From Eledone cirrhosa (Eukaryota), in contig OZ024743.1 of the NCBI GenBank assembly GCA_964016885.1, positions 341,310,001 through 341,374,000 on the forward strand: a stretch of DNA of 64,000 nt, in the 5' to 3' direction. Below, one piece after another: positions 1 to 13,608 of the stretch. Position 1 is the first letter of the stretch; each line of letters opens with the position of its first letter. A program made the translations under genes and the position numbers. The notes beneath the pieces were generated by a model, which saw nothing but the letters and a program-made list of their open reading frames with translations, searched no databases and was not told the origin of the DNA.

Positions 1-1642
1 CAGCATCATGCGCTCGGTCCGCCAGGGTTGTCCCATCTCGTCGCTATTGTACGTATTGGCTCTCGAGCCGTTACTACACAAACTGTGGGCGATAAGGAGC
101 GTCCCACGCGAATTAGGATGTGGGAAATGCGAGACGGCTTACGTCGACGACGTCACCTTGGTGGTGTCGAACACCAGACACGTCCAGATGCTCGGCACCG
201 CTCTCAAGGAATACGAAGCGGTGACAGGAGCAAAGATAAACCAGGAAAAGTCGGTGGGCTTGCAGCTCGGCACATGGAGAGGCAAGTCCAGGCCGTCCGA
301 CAGCGTGGTGGGCGTTGGACGGAAGGACCGGTTAAATAGCTCGGGGTCTGATTCGGAACGAACCTCCAGATGGAGAAAAGCTTGAGCGAGGTGACGACCA
401 GAGTGGCCTCCCTCACCCTGAAATGGGTCGAGAGGAAGCTGTCCCTGAAAGGCCGGGCGGAGGTGGCAAATGCGTACATCGCATCCGTCATCTGCTTCCG
501 CCTCACCGTCGTCCCTTGACCCGGCCCAACTCTCACCAAAATGGAGCGCCTCCTCTTCCACTTTTTGTGGGAAGGATGCGTTCCCATGGTCAGACGATCC
601 ATCTTCTGTCAACACCTGTTGCGTGGAGGACTAGGCATGCCATGGCTGATGATGCGCAAACGTGCGCTGAGGCTGCGCCATCTCTGGTGCTTCCTTGATG
701 GTGAACAGGTGTGGTCGCCGTCGCCAGGCACGTTTTCCCACAGCTCGTCTCCCTGACGGAGCTGCAGTCCTGGGTCAGGAAAAGACCGGGGGATAGCGCT
801 TATAAACTGAAATATCTCCAGGCACACACCGCCCTCTGCCAGCTGGTCACCAGTATCGGTGGAACATCCACCTCGGCGTTCTATAGAGGACTAGTGAAGG
901 GGAAGAGCGACGACGTTCTCGGAGAGATCCTGACGTCGAAGAAGATCAGCTGTTTGCTCTCTTCCGGAGAACTTTCAGCCCAGGGTCTATGGATAACTTC
1001 CAAAAATCCCCGGCAGTGCTACCGGGGAGCTTTGCCGGTTCGAGATAAGCTCTACAGGCACGGAAGTGCCGTCAGCCGAGCCTGTGCAAGATGCGCGCAG
1101 AGCGACGAAACCGTCGTGCACGCACTCATTCAGTGCCCGAGCATTGCTGACTTGTGTAGCTATGTCGAACAGTTTCTGTTGCCTGTAGGACTGATCCGGT
1201 TATCGACTGAGTCCATGGTGCAGATGGTCTCACAGTCTTCCTTCGAGGAGGAAGAGCAGGCGGCTTTCATCTGCCTGGTAGCCATGGCGAAAGAGATTGT
1301 GTGGCGGACACGGTTGAAAGGATTAAAGACAGACACTTTCCTCTTCGGCCTATCCCTAATTAACTCTTTCAAGTTTCACTTGAAGAGGAAAATCACGGTG
1401 GAGAGGAAAGTGCTGCCTTCTAGCAAGTTTGTTGAAAGGTGGGTGAATGTAGCAAGAATGGTCCGAGTGAACGGGACCGCTCTGAATATACGCCTGTAGT
1501 TTGATTAATAGACACATTGAGAGAGGGGGCTTGCTCTGATGGTCAGGGTGGCCGCTATCTTTTGTGTAGTTTCGTAACGAGTAACCTCGGAGGTTTCCCC
1601 CCTATTGGTGAATTTTTAATTGTTTCAATTTTCATTTTTATT

Positions 1643-1706
<64 letters not shown>

Positions 1707-1855
1707 GTTTCTATGTCTTTTACTTTTTCTTTTCTTATATAAATAATAAAAATATTTACACGCACAAAATCCACATCGTACCGTCCTGTACCGTCCTGTG
1801 CCGTCTGTTATGTTTTTCTTGATGTCAGCCCGTGTGGCCAATACAGAACTCATTA
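1..1855 (+). mobile_element. 3' part of a degenerate Tx1/L1-clade non-LTR retrotransposon (end of RT, C-terminal Cys/His zinc-finger region, 3' UTR)
   Basis: Frameshifted ORF pieces (SVRQGCPISSLLY, AYVDDVT, CARCAQSDETVVHALIQCP) align by eye with ORF2 of the copy at 25920-27424. The 3' UTR shares ccccctattgg and gtaccgtcctgta and ends aatacagaactcatt. Confidence 0.92.
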
Positions 1856-2040
1856 TTAGTTTTCGATATCAATATACCATTTTGTTGTTACCTGTAATCG
1901 TATAAAAACTGTAATGCAAGAAATATTTATTTTAATGTCTATATTTATATGAAGTCAACTTATAAAATGTTAAAATTTAAATATATTACATTCTTAAATA
2001 TATACCTATACATATATACATATATATCTCAATTTTAACC

Positions 2041-2141
<101 letters not shown>

Positions 2142-2150
2142 ATATATATA

Positions 2151-2344
2151 ACGAAGGAAATGTGGTAAGGAACCAGGTGGACCATAACGCACCAAAGTAC
2201 TCAATACTTGAGGTAGTAGAGTGGGTAATAGGAACCAGTAAGACCCCGACAGCTGAGCTCAAGCCGTTTCGACGGCTAATTCTGGACGAGTCCAGAATTA
2301 GCCGTCGAAACGGCTTGAGCTCAGCTGTCGGGGTCTTACTGGTT

Positions 2345-2349
<5 letters not shown>
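2151..2349. repeat. Dispersed element ending in a perfect 60-bp-arm palindrome (2228-2349); each arm carries the 3' half of a hammerhead motif
   Basis: Arms 2228-2287 and 2290-2349 are exact reverse complements around a 2-nt loop. 2151-2275 recurs almost identically at about 44966-45091. Each arm reads GAAA-cggct-tgagctc-agctg-TC. Confidence 0.85.
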
Positions 2350-2630
<281 letters not shown>

Positions 2631-2812
2631 TATTTGATTATGTAGTTTAGTGCTTCATCACTGTATAGGACTGGTTATTCCGTTTAGTTATCGATGACGT
2701 AATAGTAGGAAAAAAAACGCTTTAAAGGAATATCACGAGTCCGACCTCCTGTTGTTTTAATAATCAAACCTATATAATATATATATATAATATATAGCAT
2801 AATATAATATGG

Positions 2813-2878
<66 letters not shown>

Positions 2879-3286
2879 ATATTTGTATGTGTGTGTGTGT
2901 GTGTGTTTCTGTGTGTACGTGTGTGAGTGTATATGTCTATGCCTGTGTTGTGTTGTCTCTGTGCGTGTCTATATATGCACATATATATTTCCTCAGCAAC
3001 TTTTTCATATGAACGCAGATCATTCATCAATTTAAATACGTTTTACAATATATACTCTGTTTTTCGGCCTGTATCTATATATATAAAATTCTTTGTCTCT
3101 CTGTCTATCCCTCTTTCTCTCTATGTCGGTCTGTATGTATGTCTGTATGTCTGCCTGTCTGCTCCTATGCATTCTCTAACGGCTGGACCAAATCAAATAA
3201 CATTTTACAAGGTATTAGACCCCGGGAGTGTCAACAAGTAATTTTTATTTTCATTTGGATTTAAACAATATAAGATTTTATCTAAA

Positions 3287-3787
3287 ACTAGCAATGGTAC
3301 CCGGCGTTGCACGGGATAAGGTATTGTGAAATATATAACCGCCTTAGCTAAGATTAGTATTGCCACAAATACGGCTGGCAAAGAATTAAGGGTCTGGTGA
3401 TAAGTAAGTAAGCAACACTGTGATTTAAAACGTGAAGAAGTTGTGTGCACTTACCAACTGTTTGGGGAATGAGTGTGTCTTGAGAAAGGGTCGCTGAATA
3501 ACAGGAGGCAGCAGACAGCCAGACATACAGACATATATTATAAGGGCGCGACGTTATATGTATGTATCTATCTAAAACGAGAAAGACTAAGAATTATATA
3601 GAAAGATCGCTAAATCGCCTAATGCGGTCCCTAGGGCATTGAACATTTGAAATTATTTTTGTTCACAACACTCCCTGAAACATAACATGTGTAAAGTTTG
3701 AAAAGAGTCGGTTGTGTGGTTCTCTGGTTTTAGGGTTTCAAACTCACACACACACATACAGACATCCTCAGTGTTATATATATAGAT
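3287..3787 (+). mobile_element. Probable non-autonomous Helitron/Helentron-type (HINE/DINE-like) element
   Basis: Starts actagc...cccggcgttgcacggg (short 5' hairpin), has an internal (CAGA)n-like tract and ends ttatatatatagat. This architecture is typical of such elements; there is no ORF. Confidence 0.5.
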
Positions 3788-4679
3788 CATATTTTTATTG
3801 TCAATCATAGTAAACCATGACGACGACGGCGATGAATTCACCCACTAGGCGTCTATGGCTCTGTAATTACCTTCACAGCTCTGTATATACACACACACAT
3901 CTTAATATATAAGCACACTTGTTCACAGCGTCGTACCTACAAACACACACTCACTCTTTTCCTTACATATACACATACATACCCCTTTACCTTCGTCTGG
4001 ACGTATACAAGCCCACGCACATACATACAGCGCTATATACAAAACGACTTATTTCCCTTTCAGATAGATATGCTCGATTACCACCTTGTCAAAACGTATA
4101 TCATACACATAACGCCAGCATCAACATATTTCCAAGAAATGGCAGCATGAATGGACCTGTTATTTTTCTCTAAAATATTTTTTCCGTTTCCGCTCTGTCC
4201 CCTCAATAGTTCTATTTCTTATTTAATTTCTCATTTTATTTACTGATAAAGGACTAGACACATATTTATTGTGAAAGAGTCATTTCTCAGTCTGGCGCAA
4301 AATCAATTTTTTACATTCACATGACCTTTTCCGACCAATCAAAATTGTTTTGACCACAATCATTTTTGCAGCACGAATTGGCGCAAAAAATAATTTTAAT
4401 AGCGCTGGAGCCATTTTTTTAACATAAAAACAGGTAGAATTCCCAAAACTAATCAGATCAGAGCAAACATCACGGACGCTCTATCTCAAAATTATTTTTG
4501 AAAAGCATTTAGAAATACGCAACCGGTAAAACTTAAAACCAAACTGAATACTAACCAATACTATTACTAATTATCACTTATTCCTAATTAAACTATTTTT
4601 CACTGTGAACAATTTGTCAGCATTTTCTATTCCGTTTACCAATATCTAATAACTTGTGTGTAACACCTCTATTCTTTTA

Positions 4680-4768
<89 letters not shown>

Positions 4769-4784
4769 AGTGTGAGTATACGGG

Positions 4785-4827
<43 letters not shown>

Positions 4828-6419
4828 GTGTGTATATATATATATATGTGTGTGTGTGTGCGTGTGTGTGTGTGTGTTTGTATGCGTATGTACGTTATTT
4901 GTATGTTTATGCGAGTGTTAGTTTATCGGCGAAATATATGCACATCATTGAGAAAATTGCTGCTAATCCATGGCTTCGAAACAAAATTAAAGCCTTTTAT
5001 ACTTATTCCATTCAAACAATGCATCCTTTAATTTGTTACTCATGCCATCCGATGTGCAATGAACTAAAAATGGCTCGTTAATAACCTATTATCAATGTGA
5101 AATTACTGATACCTAGGCCCAACATTAGCATTAAATACAATAGTTGAATCTCGTTTCCTTACAATTACATTTGCAGTGAGGAGGTAAAACAGTAGATGGC
5201 AAATTTTAATGTACTTCTGTCTCTTGTCACTGCAAAATTTATTTTCATTCATTGATAATCTTTCGTTCACTCAAATATAGAAAATATGCCCAGCCTAGTG
5301 TTTAGGGTCTATGATTCACGAAAGCTATGTGTTGGCTCCTATTCTGGGACAGGGCAGTCTATTGTGTTTATGAACAAGATACTTTATTTAACGTGCCATC
5401 GTCCAGTCAGAGGGAAACGCGTATTTCAGTAGCAGTTGGATGTTAACTCTGCTTTGGACTTTTACACTCCTTTACTTAACACCAATAAAACCAAGATAAG
5501 CGTCGGCTTCACAGCTAGACACAGACATCAAATTGTTAAGAACTAATACAGCTTGATAATAATTTTAATATCAATCAAATGAAAATAATCGTTTCAATTA
5601 ATATTCTCTCAAAAATGTTATATCAATATTTATATATTTAAATGCTTAACGACGAAATTCAGTGTAGTGGCTACCGCTAAAATTTCTGACAGAAAATTAA
5701 TCAATTTTCTCGAGAACAAATACGATTACAGGTCATTAAATCTATTGATACTCCACATACGTAAACACTGGATTAATTCTTAACAAATGGTCTTCATCGT
5801 TGTGATTTCTATGTATTATTAACACTTCAAATATATTTTCATTTCTAATGTGAAGACCTATAAGCTGTTTCGAATTGCTGTCGGGGTTTAACATGGGTGA
5901 GTGAGAGAAGAAGTGAAAATTGTTTCTACATCACAGAAGCTAGCTTTCTGTTTTAACTATTTTTATATAACTAGATTGTAAGTAGCATTGTCAACGACAA
6001 ATAGGTTCAGAGAAAAACTAAATAACATTGAAGTTTCGATTCAATTGTTTTTCTTAACAAATATATTATCGGCGCAAGCTTTAAATAATTACTTATTTTA
6101 TATTGCAATATTATTTGATCATGAACATCTGACAATAATGATGATGATGATGATAACAACAATAATAATAATTCATTTTTTCTTGGTCACTGGGTCGAAA
6201 AGCAAGGGACAGTAGGAATGGATAAGAACATTGGTGATTTACATATAATTTCTCGTGCAAAGAAAGAAAACAGGTAACAAAATAACAATGCATTAAACAG
6301 CAGAAATCTCTAATAGGTAGATCATCATGTAGGTGTAGTTTTGAAACCTTACAGATGCGAAACCACCCTAATCGCCAACAGCTTCATATAAAGGTGACCT
6401 CTTCTGTAAACTCTCCAAC

Positions 6420-7654
6420 CTTGGTGCATGCTCTGAGTAGGCCAGGTTCATCCTGACTACATTCACCCACCTATTAACAAATGTATTGGGGGTGGGCAGT
6501 ACTACACTCCCCACTCTAACTTTCCTTTCCTCGTAGGATTTGAAAACGTTGATGAGGCTTGGCCGAACAGGAAAGTGTCTGTCTTCAGTCATTTCAACAG
6601 AGGCGGGGGGGGGGGACTTCGAGGATCATTCGTGGAGAAAGCCCACAAAGAGCCACGGAGGCCCGGACCGACTGCTGTCGTCCAGGTCAATCACATCGGT
6701 GATGCCCTATATATTTGATTGTTTACCATTCTCAATCCTAACCAGTTCTCCTGCCTTATTTGTATGACGCTGAAGATAGTGATCGTCATTATAACGTTAG
6801 CGAAGAGAGGCCGCCATAAGCCAAGCGATCTCTACTGAGACTGGAACCTGGTCCACTCGGATCCGACAAACTCTTGGCCGCAGTAGGTCGACAACATGGG
6901 TGATCACTTGACTATGGAATGGAGTGATCGAGTGTGCTCTGGAGTCTTCGGGGATAGTGAAGAGAAAATCCATGCTGTCATATTCTGTTCCCTGGGCTAT
7001 GTAGTTTTTCTTTGTGCCCAGACGGAGACAATAGCACTTTGGACTTGGGACACGGTCGCCTGTTGCACCCGGATTTGTATTCAATTTTACGGTACGAGAC
7101 CGTACACAGACGACGTCTGTTTTTCAGGACTTCAAGTGGGCGAAGCTGAACCTATGGCTGCTCTTCTTGACAAGAATCTTGGCCTCCCTAATCTCATTGT
7201 CACTAAAATTGATTCTTTCTATATTTTTGGCCACCCGCGTCAAATTTACGGTCGCTTTGGCGGTTCCTACCTGCTTTGAGGGCTCGTCATCTTTGCTGAT
7301 TTTGCTTCTGTTTCTTTTTGTTGTTATTGTTGTTGTTGCCGTTATTACTGCTGCTGTTGCTGTTACAGTTGCAGTTGTTGATGCTGCTGCTGAAAATGGT
7401 GTTGATGCTGTCGGTAATGGTGTAGCATTTGTTATGGTGTTGGTTTTAGAGGGGGTGGTGGGGTTGGTAGTTATGTGTGCAACAAGTTTGTCTTTATCTT
7501 TTGTTTCGTTGGAAAAGAAAATCCGTGCTTGGCTGCTGCTTGTTAAATGTTTAACATAGCTGGTGCTGTCACTGTTGCTGACCGAAACATGGCTATTCGC
7601 TTGATTAAAGAAACTGCTGTTCTGTTTTGCGAACGAAATTTTGGCGTCCGCCAT
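6420..7654 (-). mobile_element. Internally deleted Tx1-type element: 5' half of ORF1 fused to the last ~55 codons of ORF2
   Basis: ORF 7124-7654 (VNLTRVAKNIERINFSDNEIREAKILVKKSSHR) matches ORF1 at 22350-22460 (ISFAGIAKNLETILITNEELEEAKKMVTKTGHR). 6420-6600 matches the ORF2 C-terminus (FVNRWVNVVRM vs FVERWVNVARM). Confidence 0.8.
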
Positions 7655-7709
7655 GTTCGTTTTCGTTATTTTCCATATTTTTGGGGTAATGGTGTGTTGT
7701 GAAAGAAAG

Positions 7710-8320
7710 ACTGCGTGAATACGCGACGCGAGGCGAAGTGACGCGCCGCGACACGACGCCTTCCGTCTTCCGCCTCGAACCCGGCAAACGTTCCTTCATT
7801 CGTCCACGCCTTCCCGCTTCGATCGCGAGAAAGTACGCAACCCGCCGGCGAGGCGGATCCGCCGCCGACCCGTAGGGTTGTGAAACGCCTGCGGGGAATA
7901 CGAACGGCTACGGCGTTTGCAGCGCGGCCAGGGATCCTGTCTATTATATAGGGTAAGCTTGATCGGACGAGCTCGAAGAAAATGATTCCGAAGGAAGCTA
8001 GTGGGGGCGTGTTGTCGTCGCGTCGACCAAGTTACACCACGCCGCCGTTCGGGCGTCGTCATCGGCTGGATTCCCCTGCAGTCACCCGGGTCGGAGGCGG
8101 CCATCTGGGCACGCCTTAACGGCGGAACACGCATCGGAGGCGGAATACGGAGATGGAGGGCGGGCGTTAACGTGCAGGCGGGGCGGACGAGTTCTGGACG
8201 GCATGTCGTTCGAGGCGGAGACATCCGACATCGCATAGGGTAAGCCGGCACGTACCCGTCTTGAAAACGGAATATTCACGACTCGCAACGGGTAGCACCC
8301 GGAATCGTTGCAAATATGGA
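7710..8320. other. GC/CpG-rich, self-complementary segment 5' of the deleted Tx1 copy (structured 5' UTR or diverged rDNA-like fragment)
   Basis: Abrupt GC-rich island with nested inverted repeats (cgtgaata/tattcacg; tccgcctcgaac/gttcgaggcgga). acccgtcttgaaaacgga at about 8254 resembles the 28S motif ACCCGTCTTGAAACACGGA. Confidence 0.5.
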
Positions 8321-9199
8321 AAAAGAACCATCTCACATGGAGCTGAGTTCATTATTTTCAAAACAATAATAACATTTCTGATCGAAAACACTATTTAACG
8401 ATAGAAATAATGACAAATTTCACGAGCTCACAAATCACGTCTTCTGTGTTCAACAACCAATAATAATAATAATAATAATAATAAATTATAATAATAAAAC
8501 CTGGGACACTACGCACGATGTTTCACTCGAAGGTTTGTTTTTCATATTTACATCAACCACGATCGGCCAAAAATAACAGTGATTTCTGTAAGTAACCAGG
8601 CAAGCGTTGAAAGTGTCATATTTTCCAAAAATTTATCTTCTAAATTTCCAGAAAAATTCAAAATAGACAGTTTCAATTTTGAGGAGAAAGCGGAAGTCAG
8701 ATGTCAAATTGTTTACGAGATGCTAGTAGCAACAACAACAGTTTGAAGTTGACCATTTGACAATAGGACACAGCACAGACAAAAATAAATACAACAGCAC
8801 TCCGTTGTTATGGCTACAATGTTTAGACGAGACAAAGGATAACAGCAGCAACAATAACACCTACTACCCCATCACCATTTCCACGACTAATCCATCACTT
8901 CTGTCAACATCACTAACCCTGCAACTACTCCAGCTCCTATAAACGAATGATTAGTTGGCTAACAAATACAACTACAATTCATCAGCCAACATCACTACCA
9001 TGACAAAAGAAAAACTTTAACTACAAAAAACATCAATACCACAGTAGTAGTTCCCAACAATTAGAATTGTAATAAAAGGCGACACCTATAACGGAAGCAA
9101 CATAAGCAGCAACAGTAACATCAACATTCCACAGCACGGGAATTATGTAACCAAGAACAATAATAATAATGGTTTCTGATTTAGGTACAAAGTCAACAA

Positions 9200-9390
9200 T
9201 TTTGGGGGGAGGGGAAAGTCGATTAAATCGACCCCATTGCATTACTGGTACTATATTTTATCAACCTTGTAAGGATGAAAGGCAAAGCTAACCTCGCCAG
9301 GATTTGAACTCAGACAGTAAAGTGGCGTAACTCTATGCCACGAGGCATGGTGTCCGACGCTCTACCGATACTGCCAATCCAGCGTCCTAA
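9200..9390 (-). mobile_element. tRNA-derived SINE (MetaSINE-like central domain)
   Basis: Reverse complement of the A box (tggcagtatcggtag), B box (gagttcaaatcc) and gcctttcatcctt...gataaaat..gtaccagt core shared by more than 10 copies in the window. Confidence 0.85.
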
Positions 9391-9649
9391 TAATAATAAA
9401 AATGATAATGATAATAATAATTATAATTATAGAAACACATTTTAATCGGGCAAGGCAGGTTATATAGAGATGCTATCTCAATGAAAATACTCGTAGGGCG
9501 GAAAACTCACAAATCATTTTCATGGAATCATGCAAAACTATAATTAATTAATTAAAGGCGTGAATGAAACTGGAAACAGTTACGGTGAATTTCTCTTGCC
9601 CGACATGTTTGGAGCACTCTTCAAAAGGATAAGTTATTTTGCTAAAGAC

Positions 9650-11105
9650 GGATGTTACCAAGCAACAGATCACACAAAACATGTGCGTGCAGGTTGACCC
9701 ATGTTGTCGACAGAAGAGTACGCTACTCTCATTGAATGTCATGAAATCAAAATTGGAGGAAAGCCTTGAACTGGGAGATGTACTTTGGACTTTTGGATGA
9801 AAACATACATGTATACGATATCAGAAAGTAAACTAATGTTTCAAGTGGGGCTGATTAGGAAGAATGGTTGGTTAACTGAGGTAGCAATATCTCGGATTAG
9901 TGAACGTTTAAAGGAACCCGCAGATGAGCAACAGAGGGATGTTAGAGTAAAAACCGAAGCCGGTTATACAATTAACGTCAGAGAGAAAAATAGACAACAA
10001 GGACAGGGAAATTATGATGAATCTGTTAGGAATGCTGAAGGAGAAGGATATTGATTGAAAACTAGTACTGCCGAGGATGATTATACAAGAGGAGGAGCCA
10101 ATTGGAAGATGAATCGCTTGCATTACAAAGACGGCTTTTGAATTTGATAAACGTCCTGAAGAAAATTCCCCGAGAGGAGTTGATAGAAATGGGATAAATG
10201 AAATTACCAAAAAGAGATAAATGTCGTCTTACTACATATGCAGACAGGATAAAAAGCAATTGACAAATCTTATTTGAGTTATTGCAATACTTGTTGAGGA
10301 GAAATTGCAACTGACGAAAACAAAACAGAGTAAGGTAAAAGAACCATCGTGGAAACATCGTTGTTATTTGATGAGAAGTTCTACTCGAGCAATGTATTCC
10401 CTAGAAAAACAGAAATTAAAAGGAATATCTTCCAAGATGACTCATTTTCCCGATTACTGTTTCATAGTACATACCTATAGCACTAACATTTAGGAAAGTT
10501 AGAATGGTTTAAGAATGTGGAAGAAAGGAATATTTATAAGAAATTTTCTGTTTACGGATGACCTAAAGCTGTTTAAGAATTCCAAAAACCATATAGATTC
10601 TTTGGTTAAAACAGTCCAGATATGTAGCAGTGACAACAGTATAGAATTTAAGATTAAGAGTGCACTGCCCTCAATATTAAAATAGGGAAGTATGCAGCCT
10701 ATAATAAATTGCGGCTGTCAAGATGGAACTAGAAAAATTTGGATACAAGAACGGGGGTTAGAACTGGATGATATTTTACATTCAGAAATGTAAGACGAGG
10801 TTAGGAAGATATTTTTATAAATAATAAAAATGATTTTAAAATCCAACCTGAATACGTGAAAACTAATGACTGCAATAAATACCTTGTTAGTTGCAGTGAT
10901 TAGATTTACTGCATCCATTCTCAGATGGCCTGAAGAAGAAGTAACAACAAGTGATTGAAAGACAAGAAAATTAATGACATTGTACAGAGCTTCACACCCT
11001 AAAGCAAATATAAAATAGAAAGAATGGTAGTAGTGGTCTCATTAGTGTGGAGCATTGTGTCAGGAGTGAAAGGAAAACGTTGGAAAACTACTTGGAAAAC
11101 AGTGA
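9650..11105 (+). mobile_element. Highly degenerate R4/Dong-like non-LTR retrotransposon fragment
   Basis: Broken frames give FTDDLKLFKNSKNHIDSLVKTVQICSSD (about 10550) and LMTAINTLLVAVIRFTASILRW...KTRKLMTLYRASHPK, motifs typical of R4-clade RT. Confidence 0.65.
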
Positions 11106-11110
11106 CGAGC

Positions 11111-11207
11111 ATTCTTCATCTTCTTCTTCTTCTTCTTCTCCTCCTCCTCCTCCTCCTCCTCCTCCTCCTCCTCCTCCTCCTCCTCCTACTTCTTCTTCTT
11201 CTTCTTT

Positions 11208-11240
<33 letters not shown>

Positions 11241-11860
11241 CTTCTTCTTCTTCTTCTTCTTCTTCTTTCACTTGGGAGACTCATGGGAGCAAATGGATGT
11301 TATCCAACCTTCGTGTTATGTTCAGGGGCTAACCCTGGGTCACCTCTGATGGCATATTTGACTTCTTCATTAAACAAAGGGCTCCTTCTGCCACCCGGCA
11401 CCACAACGGCAGTATTTAACAGCCGAAGTAGAAAATGCCATCTCTTATTTAAACACTCTCTTCGTTTCAATTTACTCACTTTGCTTAGCCAGTTTTCTGA
11501 ATTTGGATGCACTAGACTCGCATACCTGGTCCTGCAGTTCCTTATCGACCGGGACCTCCCTATGTATACTGTAGATGTATACTTGGCCTTGCTGCTTTTG
11601 ATGGGCTTCCTTGGCTTTATGTGGATAACTAGATGGTGATCAGTTGACAGCTCAGCCCTACTCCTAACTCGAACATCTAGCACGGAATCGAAGAGATCAG
11701 TGACAATAACAATATCAATTATTGATCTCTCTCTCTGATTCCCCTTATACTATGTATATTTATGAAGGCGTTGTGCTGGAAGAAGGTGTTCATAATAGAG
11801 GACCCATTAATAGGACAGAAGTATAATAATGTCTAGCTAAACATCATATCTGGTGACCGT
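11111..11860 (-). mobile_element. RTE-clade LINE fragment with (GAA/GAG)n tail
   Basis: The minus frame gives LDVRVRSRAELSTDHHLVI (APE C-terminus). The 3' end cac(t/a)tgggagactcatgggagcaaa is shared with 27760, and the tail is (TTC/CTC)n at 11113-11265. Confidence 0.75.
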
Positions 11861-11889
11861 ATCTCTGTCCGCTAGCAGCTTCACAGTCG

Positions 11890-12520
11890 GATTAAGCAAT
11901 AAATGCCTTCAAGATTTTAATAGAAACAAACACCCTAACCATGGCCTAGTATCTAACTCTACTACCTGAACAATCAACCGACAATTTTACGAACCCTTCA
12001 CATTGAATAGGGACACACCCAACCATTTTGATGGATCATATAATATACAAGCGAATCTAACACAACCTCCCCATATCTCATATACCACCCCAAATACATG
12101 AACAAATGATGACTCTATACATTATGCACGGGTACAGTGCAACTGCAGTCACCCAACAACTCTCCTTTAAATATTAAGTGCATGTATAAAAACATAAATC
12201 ACCAGTGTGTGGTCAAAACCAAATTGCGGACTTATAAGTAAATGGGTGCAACATACAACATTTAAAAAAAAGATGGTATGTACACACGCAGTCATTCAGG
12301 GATCTCGGACTATGTAAGTCAACCGCCCTCGCCAAAAAATCTGGGATTTAAAACAGAATATGGAGTATACACTCTCCTGGTCAGTGTTAAGATTCGCCCA
12401 CCCATGCCAAAATGAAAGACGCACCTGTAATATTTGTATGATGGAAGTACTAGAAATTATGTCTTGTTGAAATCAGTTGAACTCTCGATTTGATAGAATC
12501 ATCAGCTGCTTCGCTAAATA
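11890..12520 (+). mobile_element. Degenerate Penelope-like element, GIY-YIG endonuclease region
   Basis: Translates to TTFKKRWYVHTQSFR and IWDLKQNMEYTLSWSVLRFAHPCQNERRTCNICMMEVLEIM, paralleling the 50181-51362 ORF C-terminus. Confidence 0.75.
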
Positions 12521-13079
12521 TGACACTGATGAGCATAGGATCTGATCCTGTATCACTGTATCCACTCTACTTGTAATACCTACCCCTACTACGTCCTACC
12601 TCCTAGAATCTTTAAATGCCTACATAAGGCATTAAGAATCTTCACTAAATACCACTCTGACTATCATAGGATCTGATGTTGTATTTCTGTATCCACTCTA
12701 CTTATAACACATACCCTTTACAACACCCTACCTTCCACCGACTTGTATCGGTGCCTGCTGGCCCCAAAAGTAAATCCCAATTAGATAAATCTAATACTCT
12801 GCCCACCAAGTTAACTTATTACCTTTCAACAATATCATCATATGTGGTCACTCCGGCCTGGGTTAATCCTTCTTTCTTTCCTTCCCTTCTACTTCCCTCA
12901 TCTCTTTTTTTTCTCATCTTCTTCCCCCTCCTTCCATATTCACAATACATAAATTAAGTAGGTTTTTGACCAGCATTAATCCTTCCTCTTTCTAAATTAC
13001 ATTCACAAATATAACATTTTTCTCATTGGTCATTTAGATTGTGATCTCTCCTCCTACTTACGTATAGTAATTCACCTTG

Positions 13080-13172
<93 letters not shown>

Positions 13173-13216
13173 ATCGGTTACTTTTGCTTATTTTTGCATA
13201 TCATTATTGGCTATAA

Positions 13217-13608
13217 GGGCGGTGAATTGGCAGTATCGGTAGAGGGTCGGACATGCTTTCCAGCATAGTTACTTCCCTTTACGATCTGAGTTCAAATCCG
13301 GCAGAGGTTAACTTGGCCTTTCATCCTTACGGGGTCGATAAAATAAAGTACCAGTAATGTACTGTGTAATTGCTGGCCTTGTGCCTAAAATAAAAACAAT
13401 TATTGGTTATACGCATAGGGTGGTGAATTGGCAGTATCGGTAGAGGGTCGGGCGCCATGCTTTGCATCACAATTACGTCCCTTTACGCACTGAGTTCAAA
13501 TCCCGCCGAGGTTAACTTTGCCGTTCATCCTTATGGGGTCGATAAAATAAAGTACCAGTAATACACTGGTATAATTGCTGGCCTTGTGCCAAAAGTAGAA
13601 ACAATTAT
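13217..13608 (+). mobile_element. Two tandem copies of the tRNA-derived SINE
   Basis: A box, B box, core and the gccttgtgcc..aaacaattatt tail are repeated at 13217-13403 and 13418-13608. Confidence 0.88.

Noticed and set aside
7796-8336. Arg/Pro-rich ORFs in the GC-rich island
   Set aside because: They are expected by chance at high GC, overlap on both strands and show no recognisable domain.
12526-12560. CTGATGA plus hairpin after the degenerate Penelope fragment
   Set aside because: No GAAA, stem III or cleavage triplet follows; at most a remnant.
13217-13300. SINE heads as genuine tRNA genes
   Set aside because: A and B boxes are present but there is no cloverleaf, and they are always followed by the SINE core and tail.
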